This document shows positions 10,155-20,485 of a stretch of 64,000 bases of DNA, one piece after another. The position numbers were made by a program, and so were the translations under genes. The DNA comes from a virus. The notes under the pieces were generated by a model that searched no databases, was not told the origin of the DNA, and saw nothing but the letters and a program-made list of their open reading frames with translations. The stretch is taken from IMG/VR virus record IMGVR_UViG_3300032323_000716, positions 51,831 to 115,830 of that record; one strand, 5' to 3'. Position 1 is the first letter of the stretch. Each line of letters opens with the position of its first letter.

Positions 10155-11741
10155 ATGGCAAAATCATTAGACGGTGTATTAATCAAGAAGGCGCATGCCC
10201 CACAACGATATACATTAGAAGAAGTAAAACATCTTGAAGCATGCATGGATCCTATTACAGGACCTTTATACTTCTGCAAGAATTTTTTAAAAATACAACA
10301 TCCAGTTCGCGGCGCTATTAAGTTTGAGCCCTACGAATACCAAGAAAGACTAATACAGGCCTATCACGAAAACAAGCAATGTATTGCTATGTTGCCTCGT
10401 CAGATGGGCAAGACTACCTGTGCTACAGGCTATCTATTATGGTACACAATGTTTGTACCAGAAGCGCAGGTACTAATTGCTGCTCACAAGTATGAAGGTG
10501 CGCAGGACATTATGAATCGTTATCGTTATGGCTATGAAAACTTGCCTGACTTTGTTCGTGCTGGTGTCTATTCATATAATAGAAACACCATCGAATACGA
10601 TAACGGAAGTCGTATTCAGGCAACTACTACAACTGAAAATACTGGTCGTGGTAAATCTCTTTCATTGATCTATTGCGATGAGTTTGCATTTGTGCAGCCG
10701 CCAGAGAAAGCCAAAGAGTTCTGGACTGCGTTATCACCAACACTGTCAACAGGCGGTAAGTGTATCATTACATCAACACCAAACAGTGACGAAGATCAGT
10801 TTGCGCTTATTTGGACAGAAGCCAATAACAGATTTGACGAACATGGTAACGAACAGAAATTAGGTCTAAACGGGTTTCATAGTTATTTTGCACATTGGAA
10901 CGAACACCCAGATAGGGATGAAGAATGGGCAAAAGTAGAACGTGCAAAGATTGGTGAAGAGCGATTCCGTCGTGAGTTTGATTGTGAGTTCTTGATCTTT
11001 GACGAAACGTTAATCAATGCAGTAAAACTAGCAGAACTCAAAGGTGATGAACCTGTAATGACTATGGGTCAAACACGTTGGTATAAAGATATTGACCCAA
11101 GATGCACATACCTAGTGGCTTTAGATCCTAGTCTAGGCACAGGGGGAGACTACGCAGCCATACAGGTTTACGAAATGCCTTCGATGGAGCAGGTTGCAGA
11201 ATGGCGACATAATCTAACTCCAGTGCAGTCACAGACTAAAAACCTTAGAGAAATATGTAATTACATTGTGAACAGGGGTAAAGAAAAAGGCGGCAATCCT
11301 ACCATTTATTATTCAGTAGAAAATAATTCTGTAGGTGAAAGTGCTTTAATTTGTATCAGTAATATAGGCGAAGAAAACTTTCCAGGATTATTTTTGTCAG
11401 AACCTATACGTAAAGGTCATGTACGCAGATTCCGTAAAGGTTTTAATACTACTCATAAATCTAAGATCAGCACTTGCAGCCAACTAAAACACATGTTAGA
11501 AACTGGAAAAATGCGTATACACAGCAAGCCGTTAATCAGCGAACTAAAAACTTTTGTGGCTCACGGTATAGGTTTTGGAGCCAAGACTGGCGAACACGAT
11601 GACTTAGTTTCTAGCGTTCTATTAATATTACGCATGGCTGCTATCTTAGCAGACTGGGATCCTAAAGTTTATGAAAAAATGACAGATAAAATCACAGAAG
11701 ATCAACTGCCCATGCCAATTTTTGTAAGTACAGGGTTTTGA
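10155..11741 (+). CDS. terL: terminase large subunit (gp17-like)
   Basis: PRQMGKTT Walker A, YCDEFAF Walker B, TSTPN, RREF.CEF, nuclease D (ALDPS), HDDLV. Confidence 0.95.
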   Translation: MAKSLDGVLIKKAHAPQRYTLEEVKHLEACMDPITGPLYFCKNFLKIQHPVRGAIKFEPYEYQERLIQAYHENKQCIAMLPRQMGKTTCATGYLLWYTMFVPEAQVLIAAHKYEGAQDIMNRYRYGYENLPDFVRAGVYSYNRNTIEYDNGSRIQATTTTENTGRGKSLSLIYCDEFAFVQPPEKAKEFWTALSPTLSTGGKCIITSTPNSDEDQFALIWTEANNRFDEHGNEQKLGLNGFHSYFAHWNEHPDRDEEWAKVERAKIGEERFRREFDCEFLIFDETLINAVKLAELKGDEPVMTMGQTRWYKDIDPRCTYLVALDPSLGTGGDYAAIQVYEMPSMEQVAEWRHNLTPVQSQTKNLREICNYIVNRGKEKGGNPTIYYSVENNSVGESALICISNIGEENFPGLFLSEPIRKGHVRRFRKGFNTTHKSKISTCSQLKHMLETGKMRIHSKPLISELKTFVAHGIGFGAKTGEHDDLVSSVLLILRMAAILADWDPKVYEKMTDKITEDQLPMPIFVSTGF

Positions 11742-11752
11742 TAAATACACTT

Positions 11753-13462
11753 ATGAATGCAACTAACAATATTGCCACCGATTTATTCTATAAAATACGC
11801 AGCCGTTTTCGCGGTTTAAAATTAGGCGACGAAACCGGACAACTTACCATTAATCCAGAAGAAGCACGTTTTTTTGATTTTGATTACATGGAAGGCGAAA
11901 CACCAATCGGACACGTCAGCATCAGCCTAGCCGAAGACAATTCTATGAAAGTGTATTTTAGCACTGGCATAACAGAAGGCATGGACGCACCGCAAAAAAA
12001 TAACTGGTACGGATTTTTAAAAGAATTGCGTACTTTTGCCAAACGTAGATTAATGGCTTTTGATACTAGAGATATTTCTAAAGATAATTTAGACAAAAGA
12101 GATTACGAGTTCTTAAGTCAACATAACAAGCCTAAAGAACAACCAAATACTGTAATAACGCCCGTTGGAGAATCAGTCATGAATGAAAGCACACTTTATG
12201 GTACTAAGACCATGAGTTATCAGAAATTAATGGATACACGCCTTATCATCAAACACAATCAAGCAGTGATGGATGATACACAACCAGGTGCAAGAACAAG
12301 AAATATTTCTGCACTGTTTGTAGAAAATCAAGACGGTGAAAGATTCAAGTATCCTTTCATTCATCTAGCAGGCGCTAGAGCCATGCAACGTCATGTAGCC
12401 AACGGCGGACTACCATATGATGATCTTGGTAAAAGCATTATTCAGATGAGTGAAGAAATTGCACAACTAAAGAGTTTTGGAAATTATGTTGTTCGTAATG
12501 ACCTAATGAATTCAGATACTAATGGTATCGTAGAACGTAGTACACAGGCTTTAAACAATCTAAGAGAAACTATTCAGAAATTATCTAAGCAAACACATTA
12601 CGAATCATACAAAGAAAATTTCCAAGCCCAAGAACATTTAGAAATACCAGAAGAAGTTGTAGAAGAATACAAAGAAAAATTCACAGTTAGGAATTTTAAA
12701 GAAGACATTAAATCAGTATTTCCTGTTATCTATCGTCTGATGCAGGAAGGAAGCACATTAGGCTACGACGACATAGTCGCCATGACACAAGAAAGCACAA
12801 CCAACGACGAAGCCGAAATATTTGAGGATGACGAAGACGATTCATTTAGCAAATTTGAAAATTGGGTTATGACCTTAGGTGAAGAATCTGCTATTACATC
12901 GTCTGATGAGGAAGAACAAAAAGCAGCCATGAAAGAATTACAAGAACTTGTAGGAGAACACTTTCCTGCAGGCGCAGATGGCAATAATGCAATTCCAAGT
13001 TTAAAAGGCATCATTGACGATCCTCAATTATATCAGCAAATTAAACAACAGGCTAAAGAACAAGGCGAAGATAGTTGTGTGAGAGGGTTAGTTAAAGATT
13101 GGTTAGAATCCAATGCACCCGAAGTCGTAGATCAATTAGACTTTGGTGACTTTACCGAAGAGCCAATGGCAGGTGAAGAACCATCAGAAGAAGAGCCTCA
13201 AATGGCAGATGTTGATCAAGAACAATCACAGAGATTAAATGTACAAGAATTGGCAGAGTTTATAACTTCATTTTATGATCGACAGTCTGGAACTTTTCCA
13301 AAAGGTCCAGAAGGTGTAGCGATCATGGTAGGCAAGAAGTTCGGCGAACAGGCTGAAAGCGTGGCTCGTAAATTCGTAGAACGCATGGCTCCGCATCAGA
13401 GTACCGAACAAAATCCAGAACTGCAAGAATTGGCTCGTATCAAAGAACTTTCAGGCATGTAA
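11753..13462 (+). CDS. large acidic hypothetical protein
   Basis: Start ATG11753 (TAAATA-N5); Glu-rich C-half ending ELARIKELSGM. Confidence 0.6.
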   Translation: MNATNNIATDLFYKIRSRFRGLKLGDETGQLTINPEEARFFDFDYMEGETPIGHVSISLAEDNSMKVYFSTGITEGMDAPQKNNWYGFLKELRTFAKRRLMAFDTRDISKDNLDKRDYEFLSQHNKPKEQPNTVITPVGESVMNESTLYGTKTMSYQKLMDTRLIIKHNQAVMDDTQPGARTRNISALFVENQDGERFKYPFIHLAGARAMQRHVANGGLPYDDLGKSIIQMSEEIAQLKSFGNYVVRNDLMNSDTNGIVERSTQALNNLRETIQKLSKQTHYESYKENFQAQEHLEIPEEVVEEYKEKFTVRNFKEDIKSVFPVIYRLMQEGSTLGYDDIVAMTQESTTNDEAEIFEDDEDDSFSKFENWVMTLGEESAITSSDEEEQKAAMKELQELVGEHFPAGADGNNAIPSLKGIIDDPQLYQQIKQQAKEQGEDSCVRGLVKDWLESNAPEVVDQLDFGDFTEEPMAGEEPSEEEPQMADVDQEQSQRLNVQELAEFITSFYDRQSGTFPKGPEGVAIMVGKKFGEQAESVARKFVERMAPHQSTEQNPELQELARIKELSGM

Positions 13463-13479
13463 TTTATCAAATCATCCAT

Positions 13480-13509
13480 AAAGGGCACTTCGGTGCCCTT
13501 TTTCTTTTT
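13480..13509 (+). terminator. rho-independent terminator
   Basis: AAGGGCAC-TTCG-GTGCCCTT plus T-run. Confidence 0.9.
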
Positions 13510-13542
13510 GGTAAGATAAATCAAAAAAATAGCAGATAATCG

Positions 13543-13571
13543 TTGACCTTGCTAAATAAAAAGCGCATAAT
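13543..13571 (+). promoter_or_regulatory. sigma70 promoter with nested late TAAATA box
   Basis: TTGACC-N17-CATAAT; TAAATA within spacer. Confidence 0.6.
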
Positions 13572-13630
13572 ACTGTTATGCGAAAGGCATATAACAAGTC
13601 ATTTACATTAAGGCATAAGGAGGCTATAAA

Positions 13631-14602
13631 ATGGCAACACTAGCAGAAATTCGTGCTAAACTTCAAGAAGCACAAACCAAGAGCACAGGCTCTACATCAA
13701 GCGGCGGCGACAACGCAATTTACCCCCACTGGAATATGCAAGAAGGCAAAGAAGCCGTAGTACGTTTCTTACCTGACGGTAACCCCAACAACACTTTCTT
13801 CTGGGTAGAACGAGCAATGATCAAATTGCCGTTTGCAGGCATCAAAGGTGAAACAGATTCACGACCAGTACAGGTACAAGTTCCTTGTGTGGAAATGTAC
13901 AACGATGGTACAGCATGCCCAATCTTGTCAGAAGTACGTGGTTGGTTCAAAGACAAAAATCTAGAAGACATGGGTCGTAAGTATTGGAAAAAGCGTTCAT
14001 ATATTTTCCAAGGTTTCGTTGTTGAAGATCCTCTTAAAGAAGATTCACAACCAGAGAATCCAATCCGCAGATTTATCATTGGTCCTCAGATCTATCAGAT
14101 CATCCGTGCGGCATTGATGGACAGTGAAATTGAAGAACTGCCAACTGACGTACTGCGTGGTCTTGATTTCCGTATTGCTAAAACTAGCAAAGGCGGATTT
14201 GCTGACTACTCTACATCAAAGTGGAGCCGTAGAGAGCGTTCCTTATCGGATGTTGAAAAGGCTGCGATTGAATCACATGGTCTTTTTAATCTATCAGACT
14301 TTTTGCCAAAGAAACCCACAGACATTGAGTTGAAGGTTATGAAGGAGATGTTTGAAGCATCTGTTGATGGCGAAGCCTATGATATGGATCGTTGGGGACA
14401 ATACTTCAAACCAGCAGGTATGGGAGCAGCCACAGGCGATCCTAATAAACAAGTAGCGAGAGCAGCAGTAGCAGATGATCAGGTTGATGACGAACCAGCG
14501 CCTGTATCTAAGCCTGTTGTAGCCGAGACAGCACCAGCAAGTACTGAAAGTTCATCTAGAGCACAGGATATTCTTGCTAAGATTCGTGCCCGTCAGCAAT
14601 AA
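13631..14602 (+). CDS. single-stranded DNA-binding protein (gp32-like)
   Basis: VRFLP, CPI, YWKKRSY, GLDFRIAK, ADYSTSKW motifs; acidic tail. Confidence 0.85.
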   Translation: MATLAEIRAKLQEAQTKSTGSTSSGGDNAIYPHWNMQEGKEAVVRFLPDGNPNNTFFWVERAMIKLPFAGIKGETDSRPVQVQVPCVEMYNDGTACPILSEVRGWFKDKNLEDMGRKYWKKRSYIFQGFVVEDPLKEDSQPENPIRRFIIGPQIYQIIRAALMDSEIEELPTDVLRGLDFRIAKTSKGGFADYSTSKWSRRERSLSDVEKAAIESHGLFNLSDFLPKKPTDIELKVMKEMFEASVDGEAYDMDRWGQYFKPAGMGAATGDPNKQVARAAVADDQVDDEPAPVSKPVVAETAPASTESSSRAQDILAKIRARQQ

Positions 14603-14669
14603 TTAACACGGCTCGGGCCTCTAAGACATAGTTCTTACGCCCGAGTTCTTCTCACTATAGGATTCTAAA

Positions 14670-14861
14670 ATGGCAAAATTAACAAAATTAGCAAAAGTAA
14701 ATGAATCGATCACTATCAATCGTTATGATAACGCATGGATGGTTGAAATTGGTGGTCGTGATAAGAAAGAAGAATGGAAAAACACTAAGACTGTTTGCAA
14801 CACAGAAGAAGAATTATTTGCTGTGATCAAAGAGTGGAATTCAATGGATCTGGATAATTAA
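14670..14861 (+). CDS. hypothetical protein
   Basis: 63-aa ORF between SSB and recombinase. Confidence 0.6.
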   Translation: MAKLTKLAKVNESITINRYDNAWMVEIGGRDKKEEWKNTKTVCNTEEELFAVIKEWNSMDLDN

Positions 14862-14862
14862 T

Positions 14863-15942
14863 ATGGCAAAAGCATTTGATATTTCTAAATTTAGAAAGTC
14901 AATTACAAAGTCTATCGAAGGCTTGTCAATTGGCTTTAATGATCCGACAGATTGGGTCAGCACAGGTAATTACGCATTGAATTATCTAATCAGTGGCGAC
15001 TTTCATAAAGGTGTTCCGCTTGGTAAAGTAACTGTGTTTGCAGGCGAGTCAGGAGCAGGTAAGTCTTATATCTGTTCCGGTAATCTTATCAAGGCAGCAC
15101 AGGCACAAGGCATTTATCCTATTCTGGTTGATACAGAAAATGCACTTGACGAAGATTGGTTAAAAGCACTTGGTGTTGATACTAGTGAAGATAAGTTGTT
15201 GAAACTTAACATGGCTATGATTGACGATGTAGCAAAGACTATTACAGAATTTGTTGCAGAATATAAGGCAATGCCAGAAGAAACCCGTCCTAAAGTTTTG
15301 TTTATACTTGACTCACTAGGTATGTTGTTAACCCCAACAGACGTTAATCAATTCGAAGCAGGCGATCTAAAAGGTGACATGGGCCGTAAGCCTAAGGCAC
15401 TGACAGCATTGGTTCGTAACTGTGTTAACATGTTTGGTTCACTAAACATTGGTCTAGTAGCAACTAATCACACATACGCTTCACAAGATATGTTTGATCC
15501 AGATGACAAAATCTCAGGTGGCCAAGGTTTTATCTATGCATCGAGTATTGTCGTTGCTATGAAAAAACTCAAACTCAAAGAGGACGATGACGGTAATAAA
15601 ATTACAGAAGTGCGTGGTATTCGTGCTGCCTGTAAGATTATGAAAACTCGTTATGCAAAACCGTTTGAAAGTGTACAGGTTAAGATTCCTTACGAAACAG
15701 GTATGAATCCGTATAGCGGACTGGTAGATCTGGCCGAAGCAAAAGGGATGCTCAAGAAAGAAGGTAATAGCCTTGTATACGTAACACACGATGGCGAAAT
15801 CATTAAACAGTTCCGCAAGGCGTGGGAAAGAAATGACAACGGTGGCCTTGATGCTATTATGTCTGACATTTCAAAACATGGTGAAAAAACTGAATCTGGG
15901 ATAACTAAAGATGTTGTACCTGATTTGGAGAGCGCAGAATGA
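14863..15942 (+). CDS. uvsX: RecA-like recombinase UvsX
   Basis: GESGAGKS Walker A, DTENA, LDSLG, ISGG motifs. Confidence 0.9.
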   Translation: MAKAFDISKFRKSITKSIEGLSIGFNDPTDWVSTGNYALNYLISGDFHKGVPLGKVTVFAGESGAGKSYICSGNLIKAAQAQGIYPILVDTENALDEDWLKALGVDTSEDKLLKLNMAMIDDVAKTITEFVAEYKAMPEETRPKVLFILDSLGMLLTPTDVNQFEAGDLKGDMGRKPKALTALVRNCVNMFGSLNIGLVATNHTYASQDMFDPDDKISGGQGFIYASSIVVAMKKLKLKEDDDGNKITEVRGIRAACKIMKTRYAKPFESVQVKIPYETGMNPYSGLVDLAEAKGMLKKEGNSLVYVTHDGEIIKQFRKAWERNDNGGLDAIMSDISKHGEKTESGITKDVVPDLESAE

Positions 15943-16181
15943 AAGAAGATTTGATCGCAGATATTTGGACATTGGTTGTCGAACATATCCCCGAAAAACA
16001 TCGTAAAGATGTAGCGGCTGATTTTGTTAATACATTATTGGATTATGGCATCAAAGAATCAACCTTGCAAGGCCTACAAGGCATTGACGGGTATCTTGAT
16101 AATGCCATAGACTATGCAATTGATGATGAAGAAATCGAAGCCGAAGAAGACGATTACGATTACAATGAAGATGAGGATTAA
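15939..16181 (+). CDS. acidic hypothetical protein
   Basis: 80-aa ORF coupled to uvsX. Confidence 0.6.
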   Translation: MKEDLIADIWTLVVEHIPEKHRKDVAADFVNTLLDYGIKESTLQGLQGIDGYLDNAIDYAIDDEEIEAEEDDYDYNEDED

Positions 16182-16637
16182 ATGAATTGGTATGATCGGG
16201 TTTCTAAGGACATTTCGCAAATCCCCGATGCTGTGGCATTTTATGAGGCTGAGTTACTAGCAGCCAAACAAGACGCTCGTATATCGGGAAATATCGAAAG
16301 AGCGTCGGCATCAATGCCCGGTATTGTTGAAAACCGATTTAATCAACTTCAGGAAATTGAAGGCATTTTAGAATATCTCAATATTGAACTTCGTAGACTT
16401 CGTAGTCAGCATTTCCGTAAGTATCTCGAAAACTATCAACGTAGCCTATCCTCTAGAGACTGTGAAAAGTTTGTAGAAGGTGAGGCTGACGTTGTAGACT
16501 TTGAAAAAATTATCAACGACTTTGCTCTGTTGAGAAATAAATGGCTTGGTATTATTAAGGCCTTAGATATTAAACAATGGCAGTTATCAAATATCGTTAA
16601 ATTAAGAACTGCCGGATTAGAAGACGCAACATTATGA
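16182..16637 (+). CDS. uvsY: recombination mediator UvsY-like
   Basis: Helical 151 aa, KQWQLSNIVKLR C-term motif, near uvsX. Confidence 0.7.
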   Translation: MNWYDRVSKDISQIPDAVAFYEAELLAAKQDARISGNIERASASMPGIVENRFNQLQEIEGILEYLNIELRRLRSQHFRKYLENYQRSLSSRDCEKFVEGEADVVDFEKIINDFALLRNKWLGIIKALDIKQWQLSNIVKLRTAGLEDATL

Positions 16638-17410
16638 AAATAGGTATTTTAGGTTTAGGTTATGTAGGATCAGCAGTAGCATACTCGCATAGAAATCAAC
16701 AGGTAGTTGTAAGAGATCCTAAATTAGGAGACAGATCAGCGTCTATTGAAGAAATTAAAAATTGCGATGCTGTTTATGTATGTGTACCAACCCCTATGTT
16801 AGAAGATGGACACTGCGATGATTCTTACGTTAAATCTGTTTTAAAAGAATTACAAGATTATAAAAATGTAATTATATGCAAAAGCACAGTGCCACCTGGT
16901 GTTTATTTGAGATTACAAGATCAATATCCTAATCTTGTTCATGCACCTGAATTTCTTACAGCGGCTAACGCTACTGCTGATTATGAAATGTCGACGTGGG
17001 TATTAATTGGTGGCAATACTGATTATTGTCTTAAAGCCAAAGAAGTAATACAATCTAGTACTATTAAGGCACAACAGTTTCAATTTACTAATATTTCTAC
17101 TGCCAGTTTGTTCAAATACTTGGCCAATAGTTTTTTAGCAACTAAAGTAACTTTTATGAATGCGTTTTTCCAGTTAGCCAAAGAAGTGGAAGTCGACTGG
17201 GCTGAAATTAAAAATATTGCTAAGAATGACCCAAGACTTGGAACAAGTCATTGGGACGTCCCTGGACCAGATGGTCAATTCGGTTATGGCGGCGCATGTT
17301 TTCCAAAGGATGTTGCAGCCATTCTCGAACACGGCCTCGACATGGGAATTGAATTAGAACTTTTAGGCCGGGTTGAAGATATTAACAAGAAGAATCGAAA
17401 ATACGATTAA
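16634..17410 (+). CDS. UDP-glucose/GDP-mannose dehydrogenase family (short form)
   Basis: GLGYVG, CVPTP, KSTVPPG, PEFL, GYGGACFPKD catalytic Cys. Confidence 0.85.
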   Translation: MKIGILGLGYVGSAVAYSHRNQQVVVRDPKLGDRSASIEEIKNCDAVYVCVPTPMLEDGHCDDSYVKSVLKELQDYKNVIICKSTVPPGVYLRLQDQYPNLVHAPEFLTAANATADYEMSTWVLIGGNTDYCLKAKEVIQSSTIKAQQFQFTNISTASLFKYLANSFLATKVTFMNAFFQLAKEVEVDWAEIKNIAKNDPRLGTSHWDVPGPDGQFGYGGACFPKDVAAILEHGLDMGIELELLGRVEDINKKNRKYD

Positions 17411-19032
17411 AGATTTTCTTTTACGTATTCTTCGATAGTTTTTGTCACAGTCCAGCCAAAAGTTTCAGATAGTTTTGTATTATCCGCAAGTGTGATATAT
17501 GCTTCGCCCATCCTTGGCTCAATCATAGAAATGTCATCGGAAATCATAGCAGCCAATTCTAAAACAGAGTGATTAGTTCCTGATCCAACATTAAAAACTT
17601 CCCCATACTTATCGTGAGAATCGACTTGCATTGCTAATATGTTTGCGGCAACAACATCATTGACATGTGTAAAATCTCTACGTTGTGTGCCATCGGGTAC
17701 AATAGTCAAAGGTAATCCAGATTTTTTCTGTCTTAAAAATAATCCTACTACTGGTGCATACACACCTCTCACCGGTTCTCTAGGACCGTATACATTGAAA
17801 TAACGGAATATAATAGTTTTTAATCCAAACAATTTTGTGTACATACTACACAATTTCTCGCCTGCTACTTTAGATACAGAGTAAGGATTGAGACAATCGT
17901 CGGGCATAGTTTCTAACAGTGGCGGTTTATTAGCAAGCCCGTAAGCAGACGAAGTCGAACTATACATAACTTTTTTAACACCTGCCTCTCTGCTAGCCTG
18001 AAGAACTGTAGCAGTACCTAGTGCATTAGTTCTCACTGCGCCCAATGGGTTTAAAATAGTAGGTTGTATTCTTGATTCAGCAGCACAGTGAAATACATAA
18101 TCTATATTTTCATATAGATGTTTTGTACTTTCATAATCTGCAATATCTAATTTATGATAAGATGCTTTTTCATTAAAATAAAATTGTTCGTGTACAGCAG
18201 AACTTTCATTATCGATTACTGTAACTTGATGACCTAGTCCAATCAATGTATCTACAATATGCGATCCTATAAATCCTGCACCGCCGGTTACTAAAGATTT
18301 CATAATATTATTATTTTCCTTACTTAAATTGTCTTTTTGTTTTTTACCCCAGAAATGATAAAAATATTTTTCAAGATTAGAATCTTCAAATCCGCAATAT
18401 TTCTTTCCACTGGTATGATTACCATTCCAAAGATTTAAATATTTAAAATTATTTTTATTTAAGATTCTGTCTAATACATAAGTATCATACCTTCTTACAA
18501 ATTGTAAAATTTCTTCACTGTTCCAAAAACTTTCATATTGTTCTAAAAAATTATCTAATTCTGGATGTTTTAAATTAAAGGCGACAAAACCAGTGTCAAG
18601 TCCTAGGTCTTTGAGATAGGGATTTTCCCATTTATTTAGAGTTTCGTCTAATTTTATAATTTTTTTGTTGTTTACACTTAACAACTCATCTTCGCCTGGT
18701 ATAAGTTCTTCTATCTTAGGAATTCTTTTTACCTGAACATCTGCGTCTAGCCAAATACAATAATCGTAATGTTTTTTACTTTTTTTAATAGCAGATACAA
18801 TAGATCGACTTTTTCGCCAAAACTTAACTTCTATACCGGAAAGAAAAGAAGGACAAGTAGTAAGATCTAAACGAGTGTTTACAATCCGTTGATCATCTAT
18901 CAAAGATAAAATTTCTTTTTCAACAAAAAAATTACAATCGCCAGGTAATAGATCCCATGTATGCTTTACTTTGCTAAAAAAATGTTTGTGATACTCTTCA
19001 TTAAACCCTGTATTCCAAGAAACTTTTATCAT
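17407..19032 (-). CDS. glycosyltransferase-like domain fused to NAD-dependent sugar epimerase/dehydratase
   Basis: N-half WLDADV/DTGFVAFN; C-half TGGAGFIG, YSVSK, RYFNVYGP, RDFTHV. Confidence 0.8.
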   Translation of the reverse strand: MIKVSWNTGFNEEYHKHFFSKVKHTWDLLPGDCNFFVEKEILSLIDDQRIVNTRLDLTTCPSFLSGIEVKFWRKSRSIVSAIKKSKKHYDYCIWLDADVQVKRIPKIEELIPGEDELLSVNNKKIIKLDETLNKWENPYLKDLGLDTGFVAFNLKHPELDNFLEQYESFWNSEEILQFVRRYDTYVLDRILNKNNFKYLNLWNGNHTSGKKYCGFEDSNLEKYFYHFWGKKQKDNLSKENNNIMKSLVTGGAGFIGSHIVDTLIGLGHQVTVIDNESSAVHEQFYFNEKASYHKLDIADYESTKHLYENIDYVFHCAAESRIQPTILNPLGAVRTNALGTATVLQASREAGVKKVMYSSTSSAYGLANKPPLLETMPDDCLNPYSVSKVAGEKLCSMYTKLFGLKTIIFRYFNVYGPREPVRGVYAPVVGLFLRQKKSGLPLTIVPDGTQRRDFTHVNDVVAANILAMQVDSHDKYGEVFNVGSGTNHSVLELAAMISDDISMIEPRMGEAYITLADNTKLSETFGWTVTKTIEEYVKENL

Positions 19033-19036
19033 CTAA

Positions 19037-19837
19037 TTAATCCTTAGGAACATTATGCCAATAGGCAGGATATTTTTTTAAAGTTTCGAGAATACTTTTT
19101 GGGTAATTAACAACGCTAAGAACCTCACTGTCGGTTTTATGATTAATTGCTGCTTTGGTATCTTTTCTTTTAAAGGCTTCTAAGATTTGTTCAGGATCTC
19201 TATAATCAGTCTCAATACAACTAACAACTTTGTTTTTTATAATTTCATCTGACCCCATCCAAGACCAATGCCAACCGACCGACTCATCAAGTCCTATACA
19301 ATGATCTCGATTTTTTCTTTTGGCTATATCTTTGCTACCCTTATATAAATCGTGTGGAGTTTCAAACATAAATCGTTTAGCCACGACACTACCCTTCCAT
19401 CCTCTAAATAACTTTTGATCAAATTTGTACATGTACATTTCTAAACCACAAGAAACAGGCTTATTATTTTGCTCTAATGCATTGAGGATTTTTTCAAATT
19501 TTTCAGGATTTAAAATTTCATCTAAATCGCCATGTATAACAATATCATTGCTATTACACTGATCTAAACGATCCTTAAACCCTTTACGCATGCCTGTCTC
19601 GCAGTAACTTCTGTGAGGATGGTCCTCTTCAAGATTAATACTTAGAACTTCTAATTTTTCACCAAACCGTTTCTTATATCTATCAATATTATTTTTTAAG
19701 AAAAATTCTTTAGGACGACTGCTTAGTGTTCGATCAGCCTCTACAACTATCCATTTATCAACATAAGTATCACTTATTTCTAAGTGAATATCTAACATGT
19801 CAAATTCATTATTAAAAAGAAATGTGTCTATTATCAT
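19037..19837 (-). CDS. glycosyltransferase family 17-like
   Basis: DTFLFNNEFDML, VVEAD.T.S, GDLDEI, GWHWSW. Confidence 0.75.
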   Translation of the reverse strand: MIIDTFLFNNEFDMLDIHLEISDTYVDKWIVVEADRTLSSRPKEFFLKNNIDRYKKRFGEKLEVLSINLEEDHPHRSYCETGMRKGFKDRLDQCNSNDIVIHGDLDEILNPEKFEKILNALEQNNKPVSCGLEMYMYKFDQKLFRGWKGSVVAKRFMFETPHDLYKGSKDIAKRKNRDHCIGLDESVGWHWSWMGSDEIIKNKVVSCIETDYRDPEQILEAFKRKDTKAAINHKTDSEVLSVVNYPKSILETLKKYPAYWHNVPKD

Positions 19838-19840
19838 ATT

Positions 19841-20482
19841 TTAAAACTTATAAATTATTTGATATTTGTCATACATTGGAAATACATTTTTTGATTCCAG
19901 ATATTCAACAATCATTCTACCCTTTCCAGATCGACGTCCATCTAATAGATAAGCGTTATCATCTATTGCAACTATCGCTCCTTCTTTAAGAGAATTTTCG
20001 ATAGACTTAAATTCTTTGAGATGATGATTAGCACTATCAAAATCGTCGTGCCATTTAACATCCCATGAATCTAAATAAAACAAATCGATAGCATCTAAAT
20101 TATTTAAAGAAGAAAGCCAAGTAACGCTGTCTGAACAAAAAGATTTGTAGTACTTTTCATCGATAAAACTATTCGCCGTATCAACTGCAGATTGATTTAT
20201 ATCTACTGACCTAACAAAACCACCATGCAATTTTACCATCTCAGCAAATAAAAAACCACTATTACCGTCTTTCCAATTATTTGGATTTCTAACTGTCCCT
20301 GTTTCAATTATTTGAAAATCATTATTTTTCTTTTGTAACAGAAGTTCAAACATTAATTTAAAACCCTGCCCTCGATCATATAAACCTGGTTTACAATTTC
20401 TTTTTTCGCATGCTCCTGGTTTTGATACTACTTGATCAAGCAACGGTTGATAATTTTGTTTATAAGTTTCTAGCCAATTCAT
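19841..20482 (-). CDS. class I SAM-dependent methyltransferase
   Basis: IIETGT, SVDI, DSVTWL, IDLFYLDS, IDD motifs. Confidence 0.75.
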   Translation of the reverse strand: MNWLETYKQNYQPLLDQVVSKPGACEKRNCKPGLYDRGQGFKLMFELLLQKKNNDFQIIETGTVRNPNNWKDGNSGFLFAEMVKLHGGFVRSVDINQSAVDTANSFIDEKYYKSFCSDSVTWLSSLNNLDAIDLFYLDSWDVKWHDDFDSANHHLKEFKSIENSLKEGAIVAIDDNAYLLDGRRSGKGRMIVEYLESKNVFPMYDKYQIIYKF

Positions 20483-20485
20483 TTT

